From Okeania sp. SIO2B3 (GTDB taxonomy: Bacteria; Cyanobacteriota; Cyanobacteriia; Cyanobacteriales; Microcoleaceae), in contig NZ_JAAHGH010000039.1 of assembly GCF_010672525.1 (NCBI RefSeq), positions 41-64,040 on the forward strand: DNA of 64,000 nt, given 5' to 3'. Within the stretch, counting starts at the first letter, position 1. Every line of letters starts with the position of its first letter. Positions 41,327-50,538 of this stretch are shown here, one piece after another. Below the pieces are notes generated by a model. That model saw only the letters and a program-made list of their open reading frames with translations. It searched no databases and was not told the origin of the DNA. Made by a program: the position numbers and the translations under genes.

Positions 41327-41752
41327 CTAAATTTCCCCACTGGAAATTCTGCCATCCAAAATTAATCTAGGAATAATCTCATTATAGATTTTTCCAGCTC
41401 GTTTAACTGCCTCTATTGCTTGACTTTCACACCATAAGTCTGACTTGGCATAGCGTCGCTCTGGATGATCGTCCGCTAAGACTGTCCCGTTTGTACGCGA
41501 AATTGGTAGTTGAGTATCAAGAATGGGATACATTACCCGTAACCTCTCAACAGCTTTGCCTTGAAGTTCTGTTAAATCATGGCCGAATTTGCTACAAGCT
41601 TGATTTTGAATATATTGCTCTACTATAACTTTAAAAGCACATTCTACCACATAACCTGCCAAATAAACAGCATTATCCCAACGATTTTGAGCCAGTAAAA
41701 TTTCTGCATCATGTAAATGCCTTTCCGCAGCTTGAATAAATGAATCTTCCAT
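41327..41752 (-). CDS. HEPN domain protein
   Basis: 141 aa. The pattern AERHLHDAEILLAQNRWDNAVYLAGYVVECAFKVIV ... GHDLTELQ ... HPERRYAKSD..ESQAIEAVKRAGKIYNEI matches the four-helix HEPN layout (helix 1, A.E.alK, tHDL..L, RY). Confidence 0.7.
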   Translation of the reverse strand: MEDSFIQAAERHLHDAEILLAQNRWDNAVYLAGYVVECAFKVIVEQYIQNQACSKFGHDLTELQGKAVERLRVMYPILDTQLPISRTNGTVLADDHPERRYAKSDLWCESQAIEAVKRAGKIYNEIIPRLILDGRISSGEI

Positions 41753-41755
41753 GTT

Positions 41756-43003
41756 TTAATCAGCTAAATTTCTCCCTTTAATCTCTGACAAAACATTCTC
41801 ATCCGGCACCTCCCCATCTGTATAATAACCCGCCGCTTTCTTCGCCGCAATTTCCACTTGCGCATCTTCTGGCACCAAGTCATCAGGAATAGGTACTCGC
41901 TCTACTATCTCAATGCCAGAATTAACAATAGCATTATATTTCATATCGCTCATCGACACCAAACGGTCAATCTTACTCACACCCAACCAATGCAAAACAT
42001 CTGGCATCAATTCCTGAAACCTCATATCTTGTACCCCCGCTACACATTCAGTCCGAGCAAAATAAGCATCCGCGCGATCGCCTCCTTCCTGTCTTTTCCG
42101 AGCATTGTAGACCAAAAATTTAGTCACTTCTCCCAATGCTCTCCCCTCTTTACGGAAATAAACTATCACACCGACTCCTCCCTCTTGCGCTGTCTGAATA
42201 CAAACTTCAATGCCATGCACCAAATAGGGGCGACAAGTACAAATATCAGAACCGAAAACATCTGAACCGTTACACTCATCGTGAACCCTGACTGCCAATT
42301 TTTTAGTAGGGTCAGAAACATCAGCAACATTTCCGACTATATATACTGTCGTACCACCAATAGGAGGCAAAAATAAATGTAAATCTGGGCGCGTTACCAA
42401 CTCTGGGAACATTCCACCCATTTGTTGAAACAACACCCGACGCAAGTCACTTTCTTCCACATTCAGTCGTTTAGCAATTCCTGGCAAATGCCAAACCGGG
42501 TCGATCGCTGCTTTTGTTACCAATAAATTGCCATTATCTTTAACAATATTACCATCAACTTTCAATACACCCCTAGCAACAGCATCCTGTAATTCTGGCA
42601 TATTAATATTTGCCTTCGTGACTGCAATAGTAGGTCGGATATCGTATCCCTGCTCATAGTAAGATGCAAAAACTTCTTCCACTACCGCCCCCCAAGGATC
42701 GAGACAGACAATTTTATCGGGGTTATACCAGCTCCGATGAGGTCCAATGCGTTCTGCTGGAGCAGTATTAGTCAAGTCAGCACGGTGATTTGATTGTAGT
42801 TTACCAGAAGCGATCGCCAAAGCACGATAAACAGCATAAGAACCGGAGTGAGTACCAATCACATTACGATGCTTAGGATTACTCAAAGACCCGATGGCAG
42901 GTCCCCGCTCTATGGGGTCTTGAGCGCCCCACTGCACCGGAATAGTTTTTTTGTCCGCAGGACCAGGATGAGATGTTAATACAATATGTTTATGCTTTGC
43001 CAT
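41756..43003 (-). CDS. GTP cyclohydrolase II-like protein of the URC1 type
   Basis: 415 aa with VRVHDECNGSDVFGSDICTCRPYL, VIVYFRKEGRALGEVTKFLVYNARKRQEGGD and DMRFQELMPDVLHWLGV. It is a GCH-II fold with the long N-terminal extension typical of URC1 homologs. Confidence 0.65.
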   Translation of the reverse strand: MAKHKHIVLTSHPGPADKKTIPVQWGAQDPIERGPAIGSLSNPKHRNVIGTHSGSYAVYRALAIASGKLQSNHRADLTNTAPAERIGPHRSWYNPDKIVCLDPWGAVVEEVFASYYEQGYDIRPTIAVTKANINMPELQDAVARGVLKVDGNIVKDNGNLLVTKAAIDPVWHLPGIAKRLNVEESDLRRVLFQQMGGMFPELVTRPDLHLFLPPIGGTTVYIVGNVADVSDPTKKLAVRVHDECNGSDVFGSDICTCRPYLVHGIEVCIQTAQEGGVGVIVYFRKEGRALGEVTKFLVYNARKRQEGGDRADAYFARTECVAGVQDMRFQELMPDVLHWLGVSKIDRLVSMSDMKYNAIVNSGIEIVERVPIPDDLVPEDAQVEIAAKKAAGYYTDGEVPDENVLSEIKGRNLAD

Positions 43004-43272
43004 TTTTTCTTAACTTTGAGATAATAATTACGTCATTAATTTTAATAAAATTAAGCATAGCATAATGTAACAAAGAAGAACTTCAAGACCTTTTAATTAA
43101 AATTAAATAACATGAATTTATATTGCCATAGTATTCTATAATTAAGTGAGTATTTCTCCATTAATACAGCACTTTTAAGAAGTGTGAGGTATAGTTTAAT
43201 CCCTGTTTCCTATTCTCTGGTGACTTTGTCAACTAAATAACCATAGTCAAATATTAAGTTAAATAGATTCTG

Positions 43273-44497
43273 ATGAATTATATTAATCGTCGTCAATTTA
43301 TTAAGTATAGTAGCCTCGCTATTAGTACCAGCATATTAACAAGTTGTGCTACTCCTAACAACTCCAATTATACTGCTGAAAATAACAAAAATCTTGACAA
43401 AGTAACCTATGGAACTAATTGGTATGCTCAAGGCGAACATGGAGGCTTTTATCAAGCAATTGCTACAGGTATTTATGAAGATTATGGATTAGATGTTACT
43501 ATTAAAATGGGCAATGCTCAGGTGAATGGAACTCAGCTATTAGTAGGAGGAGCAATTGACTTTTATATGGGGGTTTGGTATAGAGGCAATTAGTTCTGTA
43601 GAAGCTGGAATTTCTACCATTACAGTTGCAGCTATTTTCCAAAAATACCCCCAAGTATTAATTGCTCATCCAGGAGTCGGAAATGACTCTTTAGAACAAC
43701 TAAAAGGCAAGCTTATTTTAGTATCCTCTTTATCCGAAAAAGCTTACTGGCGGTTTCTTTATACGAAGTTAGGTTATACAGACGACCAAAGACGTCCTTA
43801 AAATTTTAGTGTAGCTCCATTTTTACTAGATAAAAATGTAATTCAACAAGGTTATCTAACTTCTGAACCTTTTACAATTGAGAAAAAAGGAGGCTTTAAA
43901 CCTGTCGTTATATTATTAGCAGATTATGACTATCAACCTTACGCTACTACTATAGCAAAAACAACAAAAATGGTAGAAAATAATCCCGATTTAGTGCAGA
44001 GATTTGTCGATGCTTCAATTAAAGGTTGGTATAGTTATTTAGAAAATCCTGAACCAGCTAATCAATTAATCAAAAAATATCATCCATAAATGACAGATGA
44101 GTTATTAGTTTATAGCTTAGAAAAAATGAAATAATATGGCATTATTATTTCTGGATATGCTGTAACAAAAGGTATTGGTGCAATGACCGATGAACGGTCA
44201 TTTCAGTTATCAGTTATCAGTTATCAGTTATCAGTACCTCTGCCTGTTTGCGCAGCATTCCGTAGGAAAGTCAGAGGCTTGAAATATTGAACTTGATTTT
44301 TTTTAATCCCCTTGTAGAGCGGTAGCTCGCGGCGCAGCCAAGGGGAGGCTTCAGACCTTATTTTTTGGTGAAAATAATTCTTTGATACTGTTTTAGAAAC
44401 TGGAGTAATTAAGCCAGATACTAACTATAAAAAAGCTTTAACTTTACAATTTGTTAATCGAGGAGTAGAAGCATATAATTCAACAATCAACAATTAA
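43273..44497 (+). pseudogene. ABC transporter substrate-binding protein (NMT1/THI5-like), inactivated
   Basis: The lipoprotein-like N-terminus is ISTSILTSCAT. The lesions are a frameshift near 43570, in-frame TAA stops at 43799, 44087 and 44132, and a ~140-bp STRR/repeat insertion (~44204-44345). A recognisable C-terminus resumes afterwards (...ALTLQFVNRGVEAYNSTINN*, ending at 44497). Confidence 0.75.
44204..44231. repeat. STRR heptamer array (CAGTTAT)4 inside the dead substrate-binding gene
   Basis: Counted directly. Confidence 0.9.
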
Positions 44498-44794
44498 TAA
44501 TTAATTATTAATTATTACCGAAAAATTTTGGTTTAAAGCCTCCCCTTTTAAGGGGATAATAAAGAAAAATTTTCATCTCTTTGTCAATCCTCTTCTTTCA
44601 AGGAGAGGTAATTATTCATTATTCATTATTCATTATTCATTGTTGAACTCTCCTTGAAAACGGATAGGATTAACGCAAATTTGATCCAATCCTCTTATTT
44701 ATTAAGAAGAAGTAATTCTAAATTCTGAATTATTAATTCTTGAAGATTCCTGTATAATAAAAATTAGCCAATAAAATTATGCAAGAGGTAAATT

Positions 44795-45367
44795 ATGTCT
44801 ATTAATCTCAGCAAAGGTGAAAGAGTAAATCTTTCCAAAGAATCTCCCAATTTGAAGCAAGCAGGTATTGGCTTAGGATGGGATGTAAATACTACAGATA
44901 CAGGGGCAGACTTTGACTTAGATGCCTCTATATTTATGTTGGCTGCTAATGGAAAAATTCCGACAGAAAAATACTTTGTTTTCTACAATAACCTCATATC
45001 ACCAGATAGTTCAGTTAAACATTCAGGAGATAGTAGAACAGGAGAAGGTTCTGGGGATGATGAACTAATAGAAATTGATTTAACAAAAGTAGATCCAACC
45101 ATTCAAGAAATAATTTTTGTAGTGACTATCCATGAAGCAGATGCCAGGAGACAAAACTTTGGACAAGTTAGAAATTCTTTTATTAGAATCTATGATATGA
45201 CCACCGAAGAAGAAGTAGCTAAATATGAATTAGAAGAAGATTTTTCACGAGAAACAGCTCTGGAATTTGGCAGACTTTATCGCAAAGATAATGATTGGAG
45301 GTTCCAAGCTGTTGGACAAGGTTATAATTCAGGTTTACAAGGATTTGTTGATAAGTATGCGTCTTAG
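44795..45367 (+). CDS. TerD family stress protein
   Basis: 190 aa with GLGWD, DFDLDASIFML, FYNN, GDSRTGEGSGDDE and IYD blocks. Confidence 0.88.
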   Translation: MSINLSKGERVNLSKESPNLKQAGIGLGWDVNTTDTGADFDLDASIFMLAANGKIPTEKYFVFYNNLISPDSSVKHSGDSRTGEGSGDDELIEIDLTKVDPTIQEIIFVVTIHEADARRQNFGQVRNSFIRIYDMTTEEEVAKYELEEDFSRETALEFGRLYRKDNDWRFQAVGQGYNSGLQGFVDKYAS

Positions 45368-45883
45368 TCTAAATTGTATACAAAATTAGGTAAGAGTAGC
45401 CCACTAAGTTTTTCTGAAGTATTGACTAGATAGTTTTGGTTAGTGTAAAATTTAAGTCTAATTGATACTTGAAAAAGTATAATTTCAATAGGAGTAAAGT
45501 TTGATGGATAATCTCATCTCATAATGAAATACAAAGTGTCAGAATAATACGGGACACCTTTATATATGTACAATGTCAGCCAAGTTAGCCGTCAAGATGC
45601 TAAACTTCCCCAACATCTGCCTCTAAATTGCAAAATACTCTGTACTCTAGAAGGCAAATAGTAATTTAACTATCTGCCACAAGTTAGCTCAATCTAAGAT
45701 GTGAGGCCAATATTATTTCTCAGGGAAAATAGAGTATTCACCTTTCTTAAATCTGCTCACTATGGGCAGTTAATATTAGGTAATTATCACCCTAAATCTA
45801 ATTGTAAATACTCTGGAAATAATTGCCTGAAATTTCCCAATTTTACCAGTTCTTTGTCAATTAAATAATAAGGTAAAAAACAG

Positions 45884-46633
45884 ATGAAAGACCTTGATTT
45901 TGAAGTCCGAATCCCAGAAGAAATTAACAACCTAGTAATTCAGGAAGAATTCTTTTGGTTAAGCCAAAATGGAAAGGAACGTAAGGTGAAATTACACGAC
46001 TATCAAGAACTTTACAGCGTTCCACATTTGTACGAATATATAATGGGAAAATTACAAGAGAAATCCCATAGCGTCCTTTCTTCTTTACTGATAAATCAAG
46101 TTATCCAAAATGGCGGCAATGTTGAAGATTTAGTAGTGCTAGAAGTTGGAGCGGGGAGCGGAATGGTAGGCAAAGCTCTAACAGATTTGGGAGTCAAATC
46201 AATCACTGGAATGGACATTGTTCCAGAAGCAGCAGAAGCAGCAAAAAGAGAGTATCCAGGAGTTTACGAGAATTATTACATTGAAGACCTGACGAATTTA
46301 AGTGAAGCAACACGAGAGACCTTAAGCACTAGAGGTTTTAACTGTATTGTTTGCGGTTCTGCTCTTGGGTTTAATCATATTCCTGCCCAAGCTTGGGCTA
46401 AAGCATTTAACGCGATCGCCCCCAATAGTTGGGTTGCCTTTAATGTACAGAAAGAACGCTGGGAAGACAAAAGCGAAACTTCCTTTTTAGCGTGGCATCC
46501 TTGGGTAGGAGAAAAGAACGTTTTTGAAATTGCTCAGACCCATGACTATCAACATAGATTTTATCTAGATGGACGGTCTCTTTACTATGTAGCCATCATT
46601 GGCAAAAAGCTAGGCAATATATCTCAAAGCTAA
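45884..46633 (+). CDS. Class I SAM-dependent methyltransferase-fold protein (paralog 1)
   Basis: 249 aa with motif I VLEVGAGSGMVGKAL. It aligns along its full length with the 48430-49176 product (EEFFWLSQNGKERKVKLHDY against EEYFWFKQNGTKRKLRLHDY). Confidence 0.75.
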   Translation: MKDLDFEVRIPEEINNLVIQEEFFWLSQNGKERKVKLHDYQELYSVPHLYEYIMGKLQEKSHSVLSSLLINQVIQNGGNVEDLVVLEVGAGSGMVGKALTDLGVKSITGMDIVPEAAEAAKREYPGVYENYYIEDLTNLSEATRETLSTRGFNCIVCGSALGFNHIPAQAWAKAFNAIAPNSWVAFNVQKERWEDKSETSFLAWHPWVGEKNVFEIAQTHDYQHRFYLDGRSLYYVAIIGKKLGNISQS

Positions 46634-46726
46634 CTCAAGAGCGCGGGAACTAAATTTAAATATCCTCAAATTAGGATATTGGCTGCCAAGCTATGGGTTT
46701 TTCTGGGCAAGAAATGTTTTTTATTT

Positions 46727-47881
46727 ATGGAGAAAACAGTGTCGAAACAAAAAAAAGTGACTTACACGAACAGTTGTATTACACCCATATATCAGAATGC
46801 AGCCTATTTTTTTGAAAATACAGAACAGGTCATCAAGTATCACGAAGATGAAGTAAGTCTAGGACGATATGGAAGATATGATAATCCAAATTGGTTAGAA
46901 TTTGAAAGCAAAATGGCTGCTCTGGATAATTATGAGAGCGCTCTAATGTTTTCATCAGGTATGAATGCGATAGTCACAACTGTATGTAGTTTTATTGAAC
47001 AGAACGATCTATTAATTTACACTGGCAAATGTTATAGAAACATTAGAAAGTTTTTTAATCAAGTTTTGCCTAAATGGGGAGTAAAAACAATACCTATAGA
47101 CCCAACAGATAGCGATGATTTTCTACAGAAATATCACAGTAAGGCCAAAATTTTGTTTGTCGAAATGCCATCAAACCCACATTTATATTTGATGGATCTA
47201 GCTAAAATCAAAAGTGAGATTAGCCCTAATACATTATTGATTGTAGATAGTACGCTTTCAACACCATGTAACTTTCAACCCCAAAGGTTTGGGGCAGATT
47301 TGACCATTCATAGTTGTAGCAAGTATATTGGAGGCCATGGCGATACTTTAGGGGGAAGTGTAGCCGGATCGCGAGAACTAATCGAACAAATTAGGAATTA
47401 CCGAAATATTATGGGAGGCATTGCCGACCCCCATACTACTTTTCTGTTGAACAGAAGTTTGGATACCCTGGAAATTAGAATGAGACATTTCAATGAAGCT
47501 GGAATGAAAATCGCCAAATATCTACAAGAGCAACCCCTGGTGAAAAAAGTTTTTTATACTGGTCTTGAAAGTCATCCTCACTCCTCTCTAGCCAAAAAAT
47601 ATTTAACCGGACATGGAGGAGTAGTATCCTTTGAGCTAGACGCATCTCAAGAAGTAACTTCAGAATTTGTGGATGCTCTACAAGTTCCTTTTATGGGAAC
47701 CAACTTTGGCTCTAGTCATGCTATGGTAGAACAATGCAGTGTCTTTACTTACTACCATCTCTCCCCCGCTGAAAAACAAGAGATTGGAATTACTGACAGC
47801 TTGGTTAGATTGAGTATCGGTTATGAAAATAGTGACCTAGCGATCGAAGATATAGACAAAGCCTTAAAAAAGATTAAATAG
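46727..47881 (+). CDS. Cys/Met-metabolism PLP-dependent enzyme (cystathionine gamma-synthase / beta-lyase family)
   Basis: YGRYDNPNW, SSGMNAI and the PLP lysine context HSCSKYIGGHGD. The track begins at TTG 46679, but ATG 46727 (MEKTVSKQ...) looks more plausible. Confidence 0.8.
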   Translation: MEKTVSKQKKVTYTNSCITPIYQNAAYFFENTEQVIKYHEDEVSLGRYGRYDNPNWLEFESKMAALDNYESALMFSSGMNAIVTTVCSFIEQNDLLIYTGKCYRNIRKFFNQVLPKWGVKTIPIDPTDSDDFLQKYHSKAKILFVEMPSNPHLYLMDLAKIKSEISPNTLLIVDSTLSTPCNFQPQRFGADLTIHSCSKYIGGHGDTLGGSVAGSRELIEQIRNYRNIMGGIADPHTTFLLNRSLDTLEIRMRHFNEAGMKIAKYLQEQPLVKKVFYTGLESHPHSSLAKKYLTGHGGVVSFELDASQEVTSEFVDALQVPFMGTNFGSSHAMVEQCSVFTYYHLSPAEKQEIGITDSLVRLSIGYENSDLAIEDIDKALKKIK

Positions 47882-47942
47882 CGTTATTAAAGGAGTCCAG
47901 AACGCTTTGTTATCTATGGCAGAGCTTATGAGTTTACAGCAC

Positions 47943-48187
47943 GGCGTTGGTAATTTGAGGTATGATACCATGTCCAGATAAGAGTGCGATAGAACTCCGT
48001 GACCTTTACGCGACCAAAAAACTTTCTCCTTCTAGTCTGGGTTTCTTTTTCTTTCTTCCCTCCTGACTTCCCCTCCCCTCCTGGGAGGGGTTAGGGGTGG
48101 GTTGGGAGGGGTTAGGGGTGGGTTAACTCCTGACTCCTGACTCCTAAAGAGTTAGGATTAATATCATACACGCGCTTTACCAACGCC
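47943..48187. mobile_element. MITE (family E; TIR GGCGTTGGTAA...GTATGATA) with 8-bp target-site duplication TACAGCAC
   Basis: TACAGCAC occurs at 47935-47942 and again at 48188-48195, immediately outside the inverted ends. The interior carries tandem GGGAGGGGTTAGGGGTGGGTT cores. Confidence 0.75.
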
Positions 48188-48429
48188 TACAGCACTTTGC
48201 CCAGATGGTGAGGTACAGTTGAAGACTAATCTATCTTCCCTATTGACTAAAGTGATAAAACTTTGTACCTCACTAACTCTGAAACTGATATAATCACAGT
48301 TTTACCAATTTTGCTATTCACAATGATCGGGTTGATGTGGTATATCAAGATAGAACGATCAAGTCAATTTGTTCTGATGGAAAAGTGAACAACTTTTTCG
48401 TAACTAACTTATGGAAACTAGAAACAGAT

Positions 48430-49176
48430 ATGCAGAAAATGAATTTTGAGATACAACTACCAGAAATCGACAGTGTTCGCAACTTACCCATCCATGAAGA
48501 ATACTTTTGGTTTAAGCAAAATGGAACAAAACGCAAACTGCGGTTACATGATTATATTGAGGTGTACCAAATTCCCTATCTCTATGAGCATCTGATGGAA
48601 AAGTTGGACAGCAAATCCCATACTGTCCTGACATCTTTATTGGTTGAACAATTTACCCAAGCAGGCGGCACCGTTGAAGACATGGTAGTCCTAGATATCG
48701 GTGCAGGAACTGGTTTGGTTGGCAAAACTCTAGCCGACTTAGGCGTGAAATCAATTGTGGGAATTGATATTGTTCCTGAAGCAGCACAAGCAGCTCAAAG
48801 GCAGTATCCTGGAGTTTATGAGAACTACTATGCTGAGGACTTGACCAAATTAACGCAAATGACTAAGCAGGCATTAAATCTTCGAGGGTTTAACTGCCTG
48901 ATTTGTTGTTCAGCTCTCAGTCAGGGTCATGTTCCTGCTGATGCTTTAAGTGTAGTTTATAATCAGGTTGCCCCTAATGGATTTATTGCCTTCAATGTAG
49001 CCCAGTATTTCTGGGAAGATCATACTGAGACTGGGTTTCGGCAGCAGCACTCTTGGGTAGAAGATCAAGCCATTTTTGAGATTATGCAGATGCACCCCTA
49101 CCGACACCGATTTTATACGGACGGACGCCCTCTAGAATATTTAGCCATTGTCGGTCGTAAACGGTCTAGTTTCTAG
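48430..49176 (+). CDS. Class I SAM-dependent methyltransferase-fold protein (paralog 2)
   Basis: Motif I VLDIGAGTGLVGKTL. The track starts at GTG 48337, but alignment with paralog 1 favours ATG 48430 (MQKMNFEIQLPEI). Confidence 0.72.
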   Translation: MQKMNFEIQLPEIDSVRNLPIHEEYFWFKQNGTKRKLRLHDYIEVYQIPYLYEHLMEKLDSKSHTVLTSLLVEQFTQAGGTVEDMVVLDIGAGTGLVGKTLADLGVKSIVGIDIVPEAAQAAQRQYPGVYENYYAEDLTKLTQMTKQALNLRGFNCLICCSALSQGHVPADALSVVYNQVAPNGFIAFNVAQYFWEDHTETGFRQQHSWVEDQAIFEIMQMHPYRHRFYTDGRPLEYLAIVGRKRSSF

Positions 49177-50220
49177 AAAACTAGCTGTCATAAAGTCTCG
49201 GTCTCAGTTGGTTGTGACCGAGGATTAATTAAATTAAACCTGAAGAAATAGACAATTACTTACTCAAGCATAATTTTGTTAAAGCTTGGGATACCTTCTG
49301 TCAGACTACGGCGTTAGTTATGACTTTTATATTAATAAGAAAATAGGGAATAGGGAATAGGGAATAGGGAACAGGGAGAAGGAATTGATAATTTATAGAT
49401 AATAATTGATTCTATTTTTAATTTTTGGAGATGTCTATTCAACCAGACATGATATAAGTTCTGATTGATCATGTAAATATAGTTGTACTAATTTTACGAT
49501 CATTTCACTACTCTTATTCCAGCTAAGTGTAGCCATCACATACAGTAGTCAGTAGTTATTTCAGTTCTCAGTTAGCCTGCTAGGGTCGGAGCTACGCTAA
49601 CAGTTATCAGTACCTCTGCAATAAGGAGGCTTGAAATATGGAATCTTCTTTTTTTATCCTCTTATAAAGAGGAGGCGTAACTACCCAAATTTTTCGGTGA
49701 AGAAGCAATCAGTCAAATCCATTCAGGAGCATTGACTTAATCAGAGAATAATGATATAATACGTATTTAAGTATACTTTTTGAGAAATGCGGTTGGCTTG
49801 ACCGTTGATGCCTGTGGACGGAGTGCTGCTGACAGTTCCGGTGGAAGCAGGAAGTAAACATTAAAATGTCACTAATTATGACGTTTTATATCGGTTTTAT
49901 GAAGCAGTATATCCTGCGCATATAATTTGAGGTGTTAGTATTTATTATACCCATCATCAGGAAATCAGGTATAGCAATACTTTTGATAATTGGTATTAAT
50001 TACTAGGGATTATACAAACAATCAATCTATTCTTGTTTGAACTCCCCGGTCTGAAATCTTGTTGTATAGTTAGGGAAAAAATTCCTCCGATAATACAAGA
50101 GTGACATTCTATGAAGTTTTCCTACTTATATACAGTATATAATCCTTCCTTTGTGTTGAGTTGTCAGTTTTAAATCATCAAATAAGTGCTTGCACGGATT
50201 GATAATATGAGAACAAACAG

Positions 50221-50538
50221 TTAGTTTACTACCTGGCTATAGTTAACATTTTTCACATTCTGCTTAATATTAAATTTTCTGTCTAGTCCAGTAAGTTCTA
50301 GATAATATTTAACTGGATCGTTCAAATTTATTAGATATAAGTTACAACCATTTTTCTTTGCTATACGATGTAATGTTACCAAAGTCACTAATCCATAATT
50401 ATTAATGGAATGGATAGTCGCAAGGTCTACTACACAGCAATGCTCTGAGCTATTAGCTAGAATTTGTTTCAACTTCTGTTGTAGCAGAGAACTCTTTTTT
50501 TTGTTAAAATAACCTAAAGGACGGATTAAGAGAGCCAT
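50221..50538 (-). CDS. STAS domain protein (anti-sigma-factor antagonist-like)
   Basis: 105 aa with ...VVDLATIHSINNYGLVTLVTLHRIAKKNGCNLYLINLNDPVKYYLELTGLDRKF. Confidence 0.7.
   Translation of the reverse strand: MALLIRPLGYFNKKKSSLLQQKLKQILANSSEHCCVVDLATIHSINNYGLVTLVTLHRIAKKNGCNLYLINLNDPVKYYLELTGLDRKFNIKQNVKNVNYSQVVN

Noticed and set aside
43273-43801. Track ORFs 43273-43593 and 43556-43801 as two separate small genes
   Set aside because: They are consecutive parts of one substrate-binding protein separated by a frameshift. The homology-like reading continues beyond 43801 through further stops, so the region is annotated as a single pseudogene.
49780-49870. Riboswitch-like GC-rich stem-loops (GCGGTTGGCTTGACCGTTGATGCCTGTGGACGG...CTGCTGACAGTTCCGGTGGAAGCAG)
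   Set aside because: No gene lies downstream on either strand within reach. The sequence resembles another dispersed repeat seen in reverse orientation at ~33395-33470. I could match no known riboswitch core.
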